This document shows, piece after piece, positions 53,018 through 62,396 of a stretch of DNA of 64,000 bases. The position numbers and the translations under genes were made by a program. Within the stretch, counting starts at the first letter, position 1. Each line of letters opens with the position of its first letter. The DNA comes from an uncultured Acidobacteriota bacterium (GTDB taxonomy: Bacteria; Acidobacteriota; Vicinamibacteria; Vicinamibacterales; CAVVIG01), in contig CAWBMO010000006.1 of NCBI GenBank assembly GCA_963789965.1, positions 258,651 to 322,650 of the forward strand, written 5' to 3'. The notes under the pieces are model-generated. The model worked only from the letters and a program-made list of their open reading frames with translations, ran no database searches and was not told where the DNA came from.

Positions 53018-53911
53018 GTGGACACAACCATGAATGCCTTGACACTCATAGGAAACGCCTCCAGGACTATGAATCGTGGCGTTAAGGAGGGTCTACTCAC
53101 TGCCGAATGCATCTTGAACTCAATGATGGGGACCGTACTGCAGAATAAGTTGACTGCCTATTGGATGCGCGGATATCGAAACTTTGGCGATCAAGTGACT
53201 CCTCTACTTCTTAAGAAGTACGGCTTCACTCCAGTTTATTCTTCTCCCGATCACGCAGAGGTTGTGTCAGTGGGTAGCATTCTTGAGCACGTTCCCGAGA
53301 ACTATTCAGGTTATATCTTGGGTTCAGGACTGATCCACGAACACGTCCGACAGTTTAAGAATGCTACGATTCTTGCCTTGAGAGGTGAACTAACGAGGCA
53401 AAGAACCGGTGCGTCGAAGAGCGTCGTCCTAGGTGACCCGGGATTGCTGGCTTCGAAACTGATGAATCGGCGAAAAAATAAAGTCCATGTTTTGGGTCTT
53501 GTACCGCACCGTGTCGACAGAGCAGATCCTCGGATTCTCATGATCCGGAGAAGGTACGAGAAAGATGTCCTCGTAATCGATGTCACACGAACGCCATCAG
53601 CAGTATTCGAAGATATCGACAAGTGTCAGTTCATTCTTTCATCTTCCTTGCATGGCATAGTTACTGCTGATTCTCTTGGCATCTCAAGCGCCTGGATGTC
53701 ACTATCAAATAAGGTGTCGGGGAGCGGATTTAAGTTCGCTGACTACAACTCCGCGCTAGGGTTAAGGCCAAACCCTCTCGATTTGCGTGGAAATGAGAGC
53801 CTATCAGATTTGCTCAAAAGCACTCGAACACCTCCTGAGTCTGTGGGAGAGATAAAGGAAAGGCTGCACAACATGTTCTTGTCTCTGAGGGTGACTTTGG
53901 GTGAATCGTAA
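53018..53911 (+). CDS. Polysaccharide pyruvyl transferase (ExoV-like)
   Basis: NFGD, VGSIL, LRGELT, LGDPGLL, SSSLHGIVTADS, FKFADY. True start may be downstream. Confidence 0.88.
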   Translation: MDTTMNALTLIGNASRTMNRGVKEGLLTAECILNSMMGTVLQNKLTAYWMRGYRNFGDQVTPLLLKKYGFTPVYSSPDHAEVVSVGSILEHVPENYSGYILGSGLIHEHVRQFKNATILALRGELTRQRTGASKSVVLGDPGLLASKLMNRRKNKVHVLGLVPHRVDRADPRILMIRRRYEKDVLVIDVTRTPSAVFEDIDKCQFILSSSLHGIVTADSLGISSAWMSLSNKVSGSGFKFADYNSALGLRPNPLDLRGNESLSDLLKSTRTPPESVGEIKERLHNMFLSLRVTLGES

Positions 53912-53979
53912 TTGATTACCGGGTTTCAGTCTGCCGCGCGCCGTGCTAGGTCGAGGCACCCGTTCGATCGACTTACAGG

Positions 53980-54666
53980 ATGTTCGTGTCGTTTGCGCAA
54001 GTCACAACTTTGTGGGCAGGTCATCTAGTGCGTCCTCAACCATGCGGGCGAACGATGCTGCGACACTCCTTTTCATATGTAATTCGGAGTATGCGACCGC
54101 GTTTGGGAAGAGTCCGGTCATGGGTTCGCATGCTGAGGGCCGTTGCAGGGGGAAATGACAGCCGTCGATGGGCAACCGTGAGCAACCTTTTCAGCGAGTG
54201 GGATGACCGTACGCGTCTCATCGCCAGCCTGATTCCACCCGGGAAGACGGTTCTAGAGTTCGGTGCCGGGCGGATGTTGCTGCAACGACTTCTGCCAGCC
54301 GGAACGATCTACATACCATCGGATCTGGTCGATCGAGGCCCTGGAACCGTGGTGGTCGACCTGAATACACAAGTGTATCCGAAGTTCCCGAGCCATGACA
54401 TCGCCGTGTTCGGCGGCGTACTGGAGTACGTAACCGACGTGGCGAGGCTCGTGTCCCGGTTACGTGAGGATACGTTGTCGATAATCGCCTCCTATGCCGT
54501 TGTCACCGATTCGCGGCCTCGACTCCATCTTGGTCGTCGGAAACAAGGATGGATAAACGACTTTAGCGAGAACGAGTTTGTCGAGCTCTTTGCCGCGGAA
54601 GGTTACCGTTGTGAGCGACGCATTCTGTGGGGTGACCAGGTTGTTTGCGTGTTCACTCGGCAATGA
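53980..54666 (+). CDS. Class I SAM-dependent methyltransferase
   Basis: VLEFGAG motif I; YIPSD; GVLEY. Start uncertain. Confidence 0.75.
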   Translation: MFVSFAQVTTLWAGHLVRPQPCGRTMLRHSFSYVIRSMRPRLGRVRSWVRMLRAVAGGNDSRRWATVSNLFSEWDDRTRLIASLIPPGKTVLEFGAGRMLLQRLLPAGTIYIPSDLVDRGPGTVVVDLNTQVYPKFPSHDIAVFGGVLEYVTDVARLVSRLREDTLSIIASYAVVTDSRPRLHLGRRKQGWINDFSENEFVELFAAEGYRCERRILWGDQVVCVFTRQ

Positions 54667-54860
54667 GGTCATATCTGCAGCCCCTGTAGGCCCTTATCGC
54701 GCGGCGCCCCTGATGGGAAAAAGGGGATGGCGCAAACTTTCGGCGGAAAGCCCCACAACGCGCGTGGCGCGCGCGGTCCGCGCAGTGGAGTATCGTCCAG
54801 CGTCCGGCCGTGGCCAGTCGCATGACCTCGCGGCTCTTCTCCTCTGTCAAGGTTTGAGAT

Positions 54861-55610
54861 ATGGAACCGTCTAAGATTCGGCGTATCGGATATCGACTTT
54901 GGAGCGCGCCCAGGTCGCTCCGAAACCTTGATCGAGCCCTGTTGCTGCTGGGCACGTTCAAACAGGTCGGCTGGTTCGAGTCCATGCGCCTCGGAAGACC
55001 CGTAGACAGGCGTTTAGACCCCTTGCCGTGGTTCACATATCCGGCTATCTACTGGCTTGAAACGGTTCTGAAAGGCAATGAGAGCGTCTTCGAGTACGGA
55101 TCGGGAAACTCCACTCTTTGGTTCGCACAGCGAGTGAACTCTGTGTCTGCAGTTGACCACGATGAAATTTGGGTAAAGCGGTTACAGCCGTTCGTCCCTA
55201 ACAACGTTGCTCTCAGCTACGTGCCGACCAGCGCATCTGATACCTCCATGGAGCCAAGCGATCCATATGTATCTGCGATCGCTCGCGAGCAGCATGGGTC
55301 TTACGACGTCATTGTTGTCGATGGGAAAGCCCGGAATGCGTGCTGTCATACGGCCGTTTCATACCTGCGTAAGGGAGGCATGCTGATTCTTGACAACTCA
55401 GATCGAAAGGAATACGAGCCAGCGAACAGCTTCCTCATAAGCAGAGGGTTTGCTCGGGTCGACTTCCTTGGCCCTGTTCCGGGAAATGTGGGCTGGTCGT
55501 CGACATCGGTGTACTCGCAAGACTTGACCATGTGGACCGCCAGAGCCTTGGAATTACCGATAAAGCGTACGAAGACAATACGAGACGTGGCTGGTCAGGC
55601 AGGGAAATAG
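54861..55610 (+). CDS. Class I SAM-dependent methyltransferase
   Basis: PLPWFTYPA, VFEYGSGNST, YDVIVVDG, GGMLILDNSDR. Confidence 0.82.
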   Translation: MEPSKIRRIGYRLWSAPRSLRNLDRALLLLGTFKQVGWFESMRLGRPVDRRLDPLPWFTYPAIYWLETVLKGNESVFEYGSGNSTLWFAQRVNSVSAVDHDEIWVKRLQPFVPNNVALSYVPTSASDTSMEPSDPYVSAIAREQHGSYDVIVVDGKARNACCHTAVSYLRKGGMLILDNSDRKEYEPANSFLISRGFARVDFLGPVPGNVGWSSTSVYSQDLTMWTARALELPIKRTKTIRDVAGQAGK

Positions 55611-55730
55611 TCAGACCTCAGCACCGTGGGCGACGCCCTGCTGCTCCCGCATTCCTTCAGGTGTGCCTCACCGGCGTAACTGTCCTCCGGGACGTGATCC
55701 GAGACCCCCTCAAAGACGAACGATACGACC

Positions 55731-58700
55731 GTGAGTACCGATAATCCGCGACTAGCGGCGTTGGTCGACTGCGAACCGCAGGAGCCGATCGCTCGTGTGC
55801 CGACCGGCAAATACGTGTTCGAGCAGCATGCGAGGGAGGAAGGTCGGGGCCACACCCTTCCGCTCTCGTTCGCACAGCAACGCCTCTGGCTCCTCGACCA
55901 GTTGGAGCCAGGCCTGGCGGTTTACAACATTGCGAGAGCGTTCCGCATAACCGGTGCGCTCGACGTCAGCGCTCTGGAGCGGGCCTTCAACGAGATCGTC
56001 CGACGGCACGAGGCGTTGCGGACGACTTTCGCCGCGGCCGGAGGACAGCCGGTTCAAGTCATCGCTCCTCATGTCGAGATACCGCTCCCGATCGTCAGCC
56101 TTCGAGAAGGCAAGGATGGGGAAGCGCAGGCGCGGCAGATCGCCTCCGAGGAGGTACGCCGGCCTTTCGACCTCGCGCGTGGCCCGCTCATGCGCGCTGT
56201 GCTCCTGCGCCTGACCGACGGCGCGCACATTCTCCTCCTCACCATCCACCATATTGTGTCCGATGGCTGGTCGATGAGCGTCTTCTTCGAGGAGATGGCG
56301 CAGTGCTACTCGGCGTTCACCGCAAGCCGCTCGTCTGCTCTGTCCGAACTGCCCATTCAATATGCCGACTTCGCGAGCTCACAGCGTGAACAGCTGCAAG
56401 GCGCGAAGTTGGACGGCCTCGTGTCTTACTGGAAGGAGCGGTTGAAGGATCTCCCAGCGAGACTCGAGCTCCCTGGCGATCGCCCGCGTCCGCAGATCGG
56501 AACTTATGGCGGGGCAACGCACACGTTCACGTTCGACCGAAGACTAACTTCAGATCTGAAAGCGTTCAGCCGACGGGAGAGTGTCACGCTGTTCATGACA
56601 CTGCTCGCCGGGTTTCAGACGCTGCTGTACCGCTGGGCCGGGGTCGAAGACGTCGTCGTCGGCGCGCCGATTGCTGGCCGCCCATCGGTCGAAACCGAGC
56701 GCCTGATAGGATTCTTCGTCAACACACTCGTCCTGCGCACTTCGCTCGTTGGGGATCCGACGGTGCGTGAGCTGCTGGCCCGCGTGCGGGAAACCGCGCT
56801 TGGCGCATACGTCCATCAGGATCTTCCCTTCGAGCATTTGGTCGAGCTGCTGCGGCCAGAAAGAAGTCGGACCCAGACGCCACTGTTCCAGGTGATGTTC
56901 GTGCTGCAGAATGTCCCTCGACGGGAATTCACCCTTCCAGGTCTGACTCTCACCTCCGAGCACGTTGATACCGGTACGGCCAAATTCGACCTGACCGTGG
57001 CCCTGGCTGAAACGCCGGAGGGACTGACCGGACGAATCGAATACAACACTGATATCTTCGAGGTCCGCACGATCGAGCGACTGGAAAGACACTTTCTGGC
57101 CCTCCTGGCGGGAATGGTTGACGGCCCAGAGCGTCGCGTCTCGACACTAGAGCTCCTGACGCCGGGAGAGCGGCGCGAGCTTCTGTTCGACTGGAACGAC
57201 ACGGCCACCGAGTACCCAAGAGAGTCGTGCCTGCACCAGCTATTCGAGCGGCAGGTGGAACGAGCGCCGGGCGCCGTGGCGGTCGTCGACGGCGGACAGG
57301 CCTTGACCTATTGCGAGCTGAACAGAGGTGCGAACCAGTTGGCGCACCGACTGCAGGCTGTGGGCGTGGGCCCAGGCAGTCTCGTGGCGATCTGCGTCGA
57401 TCGATCGGCCTCCCTCATCGTCGGGCTCCTGGCGATTCTCAAAGCCGGCGGCGGCTACGTGCCGCTTGATCCCCGTTACCCGCGGGAGCGTCTCACTCTA
57501 ATGATGGCAGACGCACGCGTACGCGTGCTCCTGACGGACACCCGCCTCAGCGACTGTCTGCCGGTGCCAGATGGCGTACTGAGACTCCTGCTCGATCAGA
57601 TGGACGACGGATCGAACGAGCGCGACGGAGATCCCCTCAGTCTGGTGACCGCCGAAGACGCCGCATGCGTCATATACACGTCCGGATCGACCGGCCGCCC
57701 CAAAGGCGTCGTTGTCCCGCACCGGGCCGTCACGCGGCTGGTGATCAACACAAACTACATCAGCCTGCACTCCTCTGATGTTGTTGCCCAGGCGGCAAGC
57801 GCCTCGTTTGATGCGGCCACCTTCGAAATCTGGGGAGCTTTGCTGCACGGCGCGCGGCTTGTGCTCATTCCGGAGCACGTCGTCATTTCGCCGACGGATC
57901 TTGCCACCGAGCTGGCCCGCACGCGGATTACGGTTCTTTTCCTCACGACAGCCGTGTTTAACATGGTCGGCCGTGAATGCCCCACGGCCTTCAACACGCT
58001 CACAGATCTGCTCGTCGGCGGCGAAGTCATCGACCCCACATCGGCCGCGGCGGTGTTGACAAACGGTGGCCCGCAACGGTTACTCAACGTCTACGGGCCG
58101 ACTGAAACCACCACGTTCGCCTCGTGGCACCAGATCACCGAGGCTCCAGACGGTGAACGCCCCGTTCCGATCGGGCGGCCACTGGCCAACACACGGCTGT
58201 ACGTACTGGATCGCCATCTCCAGCCGGTACCAATTGGCACGCCCGGAGAGATCTATATCGGCGGCGATGCCCTCTCGAGTGGTTATCTGAACGACCCTGA
58301 TCTCACCTCCCAGCGGTTTATTAGCGACCCATTTAGCACCGCACTGGCTGCGCGTTTGTACAAAACCGGCGACATGGGACGGTTTCTTGCAAATGGCAAC
58401 ATCGAGTTCTTGGGACGCCGCGACCATCAGATCAAGATTCGGGGCTTTCGCGTCGAGCCCGGTGAGATTCAGAGCACTCTTGATGCCAGTCCGCTGGTTC
58501 GCGAAAGCCTGGTGGTTGCCCGGGAAGATCGTTCAGGGAATAGACGCCTGGTCGCCTACATCGTGCCAGCGAAAGCTCATTCAGAACTGATCGTCAAGCT
58601 CCGGGCGTTTGCGCGCGAAAGACTTCCGGAGCACATGGTTCCCTCTGCGTGGGTCCTGCTGGAGCATCTGCCGCTCACCATCAACGGCAAGCTGGACCGG

Positions 58701-59816
58701 GCAGCGCTGCCCGCGCCGGATGGGGCATTCGTCACTGTCACTCCCGATCGGCCGCCTCGCGATGCTCTGGAGCTGAATCTCACGAACCTCTGGGAAGACC
58801 TTCTCGGGCAGCATCCTATCGGCATGTCGGCCAACTTCTTCGAGCTGGGAGGCCACTCGCTGCTCGCGGCTCGCTTGTGTGCGTCAATTGAGCAGGCCTT
58901 TGGGACGAAGCTTCCTCTTGCCACGTTTTTCCAGGCGGCAACGATCGAGCAGCAGGCCGAACTGCTCCGACGTGAAAGCAAAGACGAGGTGTGGCCTTCA
59001 TTAGTGCCGATCCGCGCCGGCAGGGGCAAACCCCCGTTGTTTTGTGTTCACGGTGTAGGTGGCAACATCCTGACCTATCGGGACCTCGCGCGATACTTGC
59101 CGTCAGATCAGCCGGTGTATTGTCTTCAGGCCTGCGGTCTCGACGGCAAGGCCCCGATCCACAGGCGAATCGAAGACATGGCGGGCCACTACGTAGCGCA
59201 GGCCCGGCAGGTGCAGCCTCATGGGCCGTACGCAATCGCAGGCATGTCTTTCGGCGGCGTCGTGGCATTCGAAATGGCTCGCCAGCTCGAGGAGCAGGGA
59301 CAACGGGTTGCCTTACTCGCGTTGTTCGACTCGCGGGCGCCCAAGCTGCAGACCTGGCTTCGGCGCAAGGCGTCTGAGTACGGATTACGAGCTTCTTTTC
59401 ACGCGAGGCATCTCGTATCGGGACCGGACCGCCGACGTTACATTTTCAGCGAGCTGAGAACGATACAGCGTCGGTTCGCGAATCGATTCTGGCAGATGGG
59501 TTTCCGTTGGCACGGGGCCGGACGTTCGCTGCCTCGCGCCCTGGAGGATGTCCGGCACGTCAACACGAACGCACTGAGCAGGTATCGGCCGCAAGCGTAC
59601 CGGGGCCGTGTCACGCTCTTCAGAGCCAGTGAGCGCTCCGCCGAGGCGACGAGCGATCCAGGGAAGGGGTGGGGCCCGTTGGCTATGGGCGGTGTCGAGA
59701 TCTTAGACGTGCCCGGTGGCCACCGCAGCCTGGTCTTGGAGCCTCACGTGAGAACACTTGCCAGAGAGCTCGCGCGTTGTCTCGACAAAGCATGGGAGCG
59801 AGAGAGTATCGAATGA
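55731..59816 (+). CDS. Single-module NRPS, C-A-PCP-TE
   Basis: C: LSFAQQRLW, HHIVSDG. A: YTSGSTGRPKG, NVYGPTE, YKTGD, NGKLDR. PCP: FFELGGHSL. TE: GMSFG, PGGH. Confidence 0.96.
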   Translation: MSTDNPRLAALVDCEPQEPIARVPTGKYVFEQHAREEGRGHTLPLSFAQQRLWLLDQLEPGLAVYNIARAFRITGALDVSALERAFNEIVRRHEALRTTFAAAGGQPVQVIAPHVEIPLPIVSLREGKDGEAQARQIASEEVRRPFDLARGPLMRAVLLRLTDGAHILLLTIHHIVSDGWSMSVFFEEMAQCYSAFTASRSSALSELPIQYADFASSQREQLQGAKLDGLVSYWKERLKDLPARLELPGDRPRPQIGTYGGATHTFTFDRRLTSDLKAFSRRESVTLFMTLLAGFQTLLYRWAGVEDVVVGAPIAGRPSVETERLIGFFVNTLVLRTSLVGDPTVRELLARVRETALGAYVHQDLPFEHLVELLRPERSRTQTPLFQVMFVLQNVPRREFTLPGLTLTSEHVDTGTAKFDLTVALAETPEGLTGRIEYNTDIFEVRTIERLERHFLALLAGMVDGPERRVSTLELLTPGERRELLFDWNDTATEYPRESCLHQLFERQVERAPGAVAVVDGGQALTYCELNRGANQLAHRLQAVGVGPGSLVAICVDRSASLIVGLLAILKAGGGYVPLDPRYPRERLTLMMADARVRVLLTDTRLSDCLPVPDGVLRLLLDQMDDGSNERDGDPLSLVTAEDAACVIYTSGSTGRPKGVVVPHRAVTRLVINTNYISLHSSDVVAQAASASFDAATFEIWGALLHGARLVLIPEHVVISPTDLATELARTRITVLFLTTAVFNMVGRECPTAFNTLTDLLVGGEVIDPTSAAAVLTNGGPQRLLNVYGPTETTTFASWHQITEAPDGERPVPIGRPLANTRLYVLDRHLQPVPIGTPGEIYIGGDALSSGYLNDPDLTSQRFISDPFSTALAARLYKTGDMGRFLANGNIEFLGRRDHQIKIRGFRVEPGEIQSTLDASPLVRESLVVAREDRSGNRRLVAYIVPAKAHSELIVKLRAFARERLPEHMVPSAWVLLEHLPLTINGKLDRAALPAPDGAFVTVTPDRPPRDALELNLTNLWEDLLGQHPIGMSANFFELGGHSLLAARLCASIEQAFGTKLPLATFFQAATIEQQAELLRRESKDEVWPSLVPIRAGRGKPPLFCVHGVGGNILTYRDLARYLPSDQPVYCLQACGLDGKAPIHRRIEDMAGHYVAQARQVQPHGPYAIAGMSFGGVVAFEMARQLEEQGQRVALLALFDSRAPKLQTWLRRKASEYGLRASFHARHLVSGPDRRRYIFSELRTIQRRFANRFWQMGFRWHGAGRSLPRALEDVRHVNTNALSRYRPQAYRGRVTLFRASERSAEATSDPGKGWGPLAMGGVEILDVPGGHRSLVLEPHVRTLARELARCLDKAWERESIE

Positions 59817-60523
59817 GGCTCGCGCCGGATGAGGTTCACATTTGGTATCGGCTGACCGAATCACTTGGGGATTCCGCCCTCGCCGCAGCCCGATCGGTAC
59901 TGTCTTCTGAGGAGTGGTCGCGACACGACAGGTTGCAGTTTGCTCACGATCGGCGTGACTACGCGGCTGCCCACGCGCTGCTCCGGACCTCGCTCTCCCG
60001 CTACGCGGACGTCGCTGCTCACGCGTGGACGTTCGACCTGGACGCACACGGGAAGCCAAAGCTGTCGGATCGGTGTGAAGCGGGTTTGGCGCTGACGTTC
60101 AGTCTGTCACATGCACGAGGGATCGTGGCATGCGCCATCGCTCCCGGTCCGGACATTGGAGTCGACGTCGAGCGTACCGATCCCGCCGTCGATTGGTCAC
60201 CTGTTATCGAGCGATATTTCACCCGTGCTGAACTCGTGCAACTCGATCGCTGTCGTCCGTCAGAGCGTGCAGGTCGCTTCGCTATGTTGTGGACGCTGAA
60301 GGAAGCGCACGTCAAGGCAACTGGGCTGGGTCTTTCGGAGTCATTGGCCAATATCGGATTCGATGTGAACGGCGATCGGATTCGCTTCCTCCCGCCGGCG
60401 AATATCAACGCCGAAGCGTGGCAGTTTGCGTCGTTTGCGCCGGCACCGCCCTACTGGATCGGCGCCGCGATCGCACGTCGTAGCATTGAAATGTGGAAGG
60501 TCACCTCGTATTTGGAGTCCTGA
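59813..60523 (+). CDS. 4'-phosphopantetheinyl transferase (Sfp type)
   Basis: HGKP, FSLSH, IGVDVE, WTLKEA; ATGA overlap with the NRPS stop. Confidence 0.93.
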   Translation: MRLAPDEVHIWYRLTESLGDSALAAARSVLSSEEWSRHDRLQFAHDRRDYAAAHALLRTSLSRYADVAAHAWTFDLDAHGKPKLSDRCEAGLALTFSLSHARGIVACAIAPGPDIGVDVERTDPAVDWSPVIERYFTRAELVQLDRCRPSERAGRFAMLWTLKEAHVKATGLGLSESLANIGFDVNGDRIRFLPPANINAEAWQFASFAPAPPYWIGAAIARRSIEMWKVTSYLES

Positions 60524-60524
60524 T

Positions 60525-62396
60525 ATGAACGGAGCTACGCACCTTCCAGCGCAAAGCATCGCCCAACGGCTTGACGACCAGGCACGCCTCACGCCTGAGG
60601 CGTTCGCGATTCTCGCCCTCAACCAGGCACCGCTGGCCTATGAACACCTGTACGCCCATATTCAAGAAGCCGTCCTGACACTGCGCTCACTCGGCATAGA
60701 GCGCAATGACCCGGTTGCAATCAACCTACCCAACGGGCCCGAGATGGCCGTGGCTTTCCTTGGAGTCGCGAGTGGAGCCACTGCTGCTCCTCTGAACCCA
60801 GCCTATCGCGCCCCGGAACTTGAGGCTTGTCTCATCGACATGCAAGCCAAGGCGTTGATCGTACAGGCCGGTGTTGATTCACCGGCAAGGGCTGTTGCCC
60901 GGGCGCGCGGTATCCCTATACTTGAGCTTTATTCGCGACCAGGCACCAGAGCGAGTCTATTCACGTTCACCGGGGAACGGCCGGTGGGCCTGAAGCATCC
61001 CGAGTTTGCCCGGGCCGACGATGTGGCCCTGCTCTTGTCTACTTCTGGCACCACCTCTCGGCCGAAGCTGGTGCCCCTGACCCATACCAATCTTCTTCAA
61101 TCCGCACGGAACATTCAGACGACGCTCGCGCTCACGCAGAGCGACCGTTGCCTCAACGTGATGCCGCTCTTTCATATTCACGGTCTCGTTGGTGCGTTGC
61201 TTTCCTCGCTTGCAGCGGGAGCCAGCGTGGTCTGCACGCCTGATCTTCAGCTCCCGCAATTCTTTGCGTGGCTTGAAGAATTTTCACCGACTTGGTACAC
61301 CGGCGTCCCAACCATGCATCGGGCGGTTCTGTCATCTGCGCGGGCTCAAGGTCTGGATTTGCGACGTACCCGTTCGCTGAGGTTCATCCGCTCGTCATCT
61401 GCGCCCTTGCCGCGACACGTGATGCGTGAGCTGGAACAAGCCTTTGATGTTCCCGTGCTCGAGGCCTACGGAATGACTGAGGCTTCCCATCAGATATGCA
61501 GCAATCCTCCGCCACCGCAGTTGCGGAAGGAAGGCTCGGTGGGCTTGGCCGCCGGAACAGAGGTCTCTATCATGGACGGCCACGGCGACCTCCGGGCTTC
61601 CGGAGAAGTCGGGGAGGTCGTGATTCGCGGCGCCAATGTTATGTCGGGATATGCCGCCAATCCTGGCGCAAATGAACGTTCCTTCTCTCACGGCTGGTTC
61701 AGGACAGGCGATCAAGGCTACCTGGACAACGATGGCTACCTGTTCATCGTCGGAAGGCTCAAGGAAATCATCAACCGCGGCGGGGAAAAGATCTCGCCCT
61801 CTGAAGTCGACCAGGTCCTGCTGGATCACCCAGCGATCGCGGAAGCCACTGCCTTCGCCGTCACGCATGCAACGCTTGGCGAAGATGTTGCCGCTGCGGT
61901 CGTCTTGAAAACAGAATCGCATACCAACGAACAGGAACTTCAAGCCTTTGTCACCGCCCGGCTCGCAGAATGCAAGGTTCCTCGCCGGATCATCATCGTC
62001 GATCACATTCCACGAGGGGTCACCGGCAAGGTTCAGCGCGCTGGTTTGGCAGAAGTATTTGCGGAAGCACTCCGAGTGGACCTTGTGGCCCCGACGAATG
62101 CCTTCGAGGCAGCCGTGGCGAGCATCTACAGCGAAGTATTGGGCATCCCCACAGTCGGTCGCGATGACAACTTCTTCCTGCTCGGAGGTGACTCGCTGCG
62201 TGGTACCCAAGTACTCTCACGCGTCCGTGCGGTTTTTCAAGTCAACCTTTCCATCGCGACGATCTTCCGAAAATCGACCGTGGCGGGTCTCGCGGACGAA
62301 ATCGCCCAGTCCCTCGAAGTGTCCGACGGCGTTGAGGCAACCGATCATGCCTGTTCTCTCCCCGGATTGCCTGACTCGTCTTACCGGCCCGCGTGA
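60525..62396 (+). CDS. Acyl-AMP ligase of oxalate-CoA ligase (AAE3)/Fum10-like type fused to a carrier protein
   Basis: AAPLNPAY, TSGTTSRPK, MPLFHIHGL, WYTGVPTMH, LRFIRSSSAPL, EAYGMTEASHQ, INRGGEKISP; C-terminal FFLLGGDSL PCP. Confidence 0.88.
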   Translation: MNGATHLPAQSIAQRLDDQARLTPEAFAILALNQAPLAYEHLYAHIQEAVLTLRSLGIERNDPVAINLPNGPEMAVAFLGVASGATAAPLNPAYRAPELEACLIDMQAKALIVQAGVDSPARAVARARGIPILELYSRPGTRASLFTFTGERPVGLKHPEFARADDVALLLSTSGTTSRPKLVPLTHTNLLQSARNIQTTLALTQSDRCLNVMPLFHIHGLVGALLSSLAAGASVVCTPDLQLPQFFAWLEEFSPTWYTGVPTMHRAVLSSARAQGLDLRRTRSLRFIRSSSAPLPRHVMRELEQAFDVPVLEAYGMTEASHQICSNPPPPQLRKEGSVGLAAGTEVSIMDGHGDLRASGEVGEVVIRGANVMSGYAANPGANERSFSHGWFRTGDQGYLDNDGYLFIVGRLKEIINRGGEKISPSEVDQVLLDHPAIAEATAFAVTHATLGEDVAAAVVLKTESHTNEQELQAFVTARLAECKVPRRIIIVDHIPRGVTGKVQRAGLAEVFAEALRVDLVAPTNAFEAAVASIYSEVLGIPTVGRDDNFFLLGGDSLRGTQVLSRVRAVFQVNLSIATIFRKSTVAGLADEIAQSLEVSDGVEATDHACSLPGLPDSSYRPA

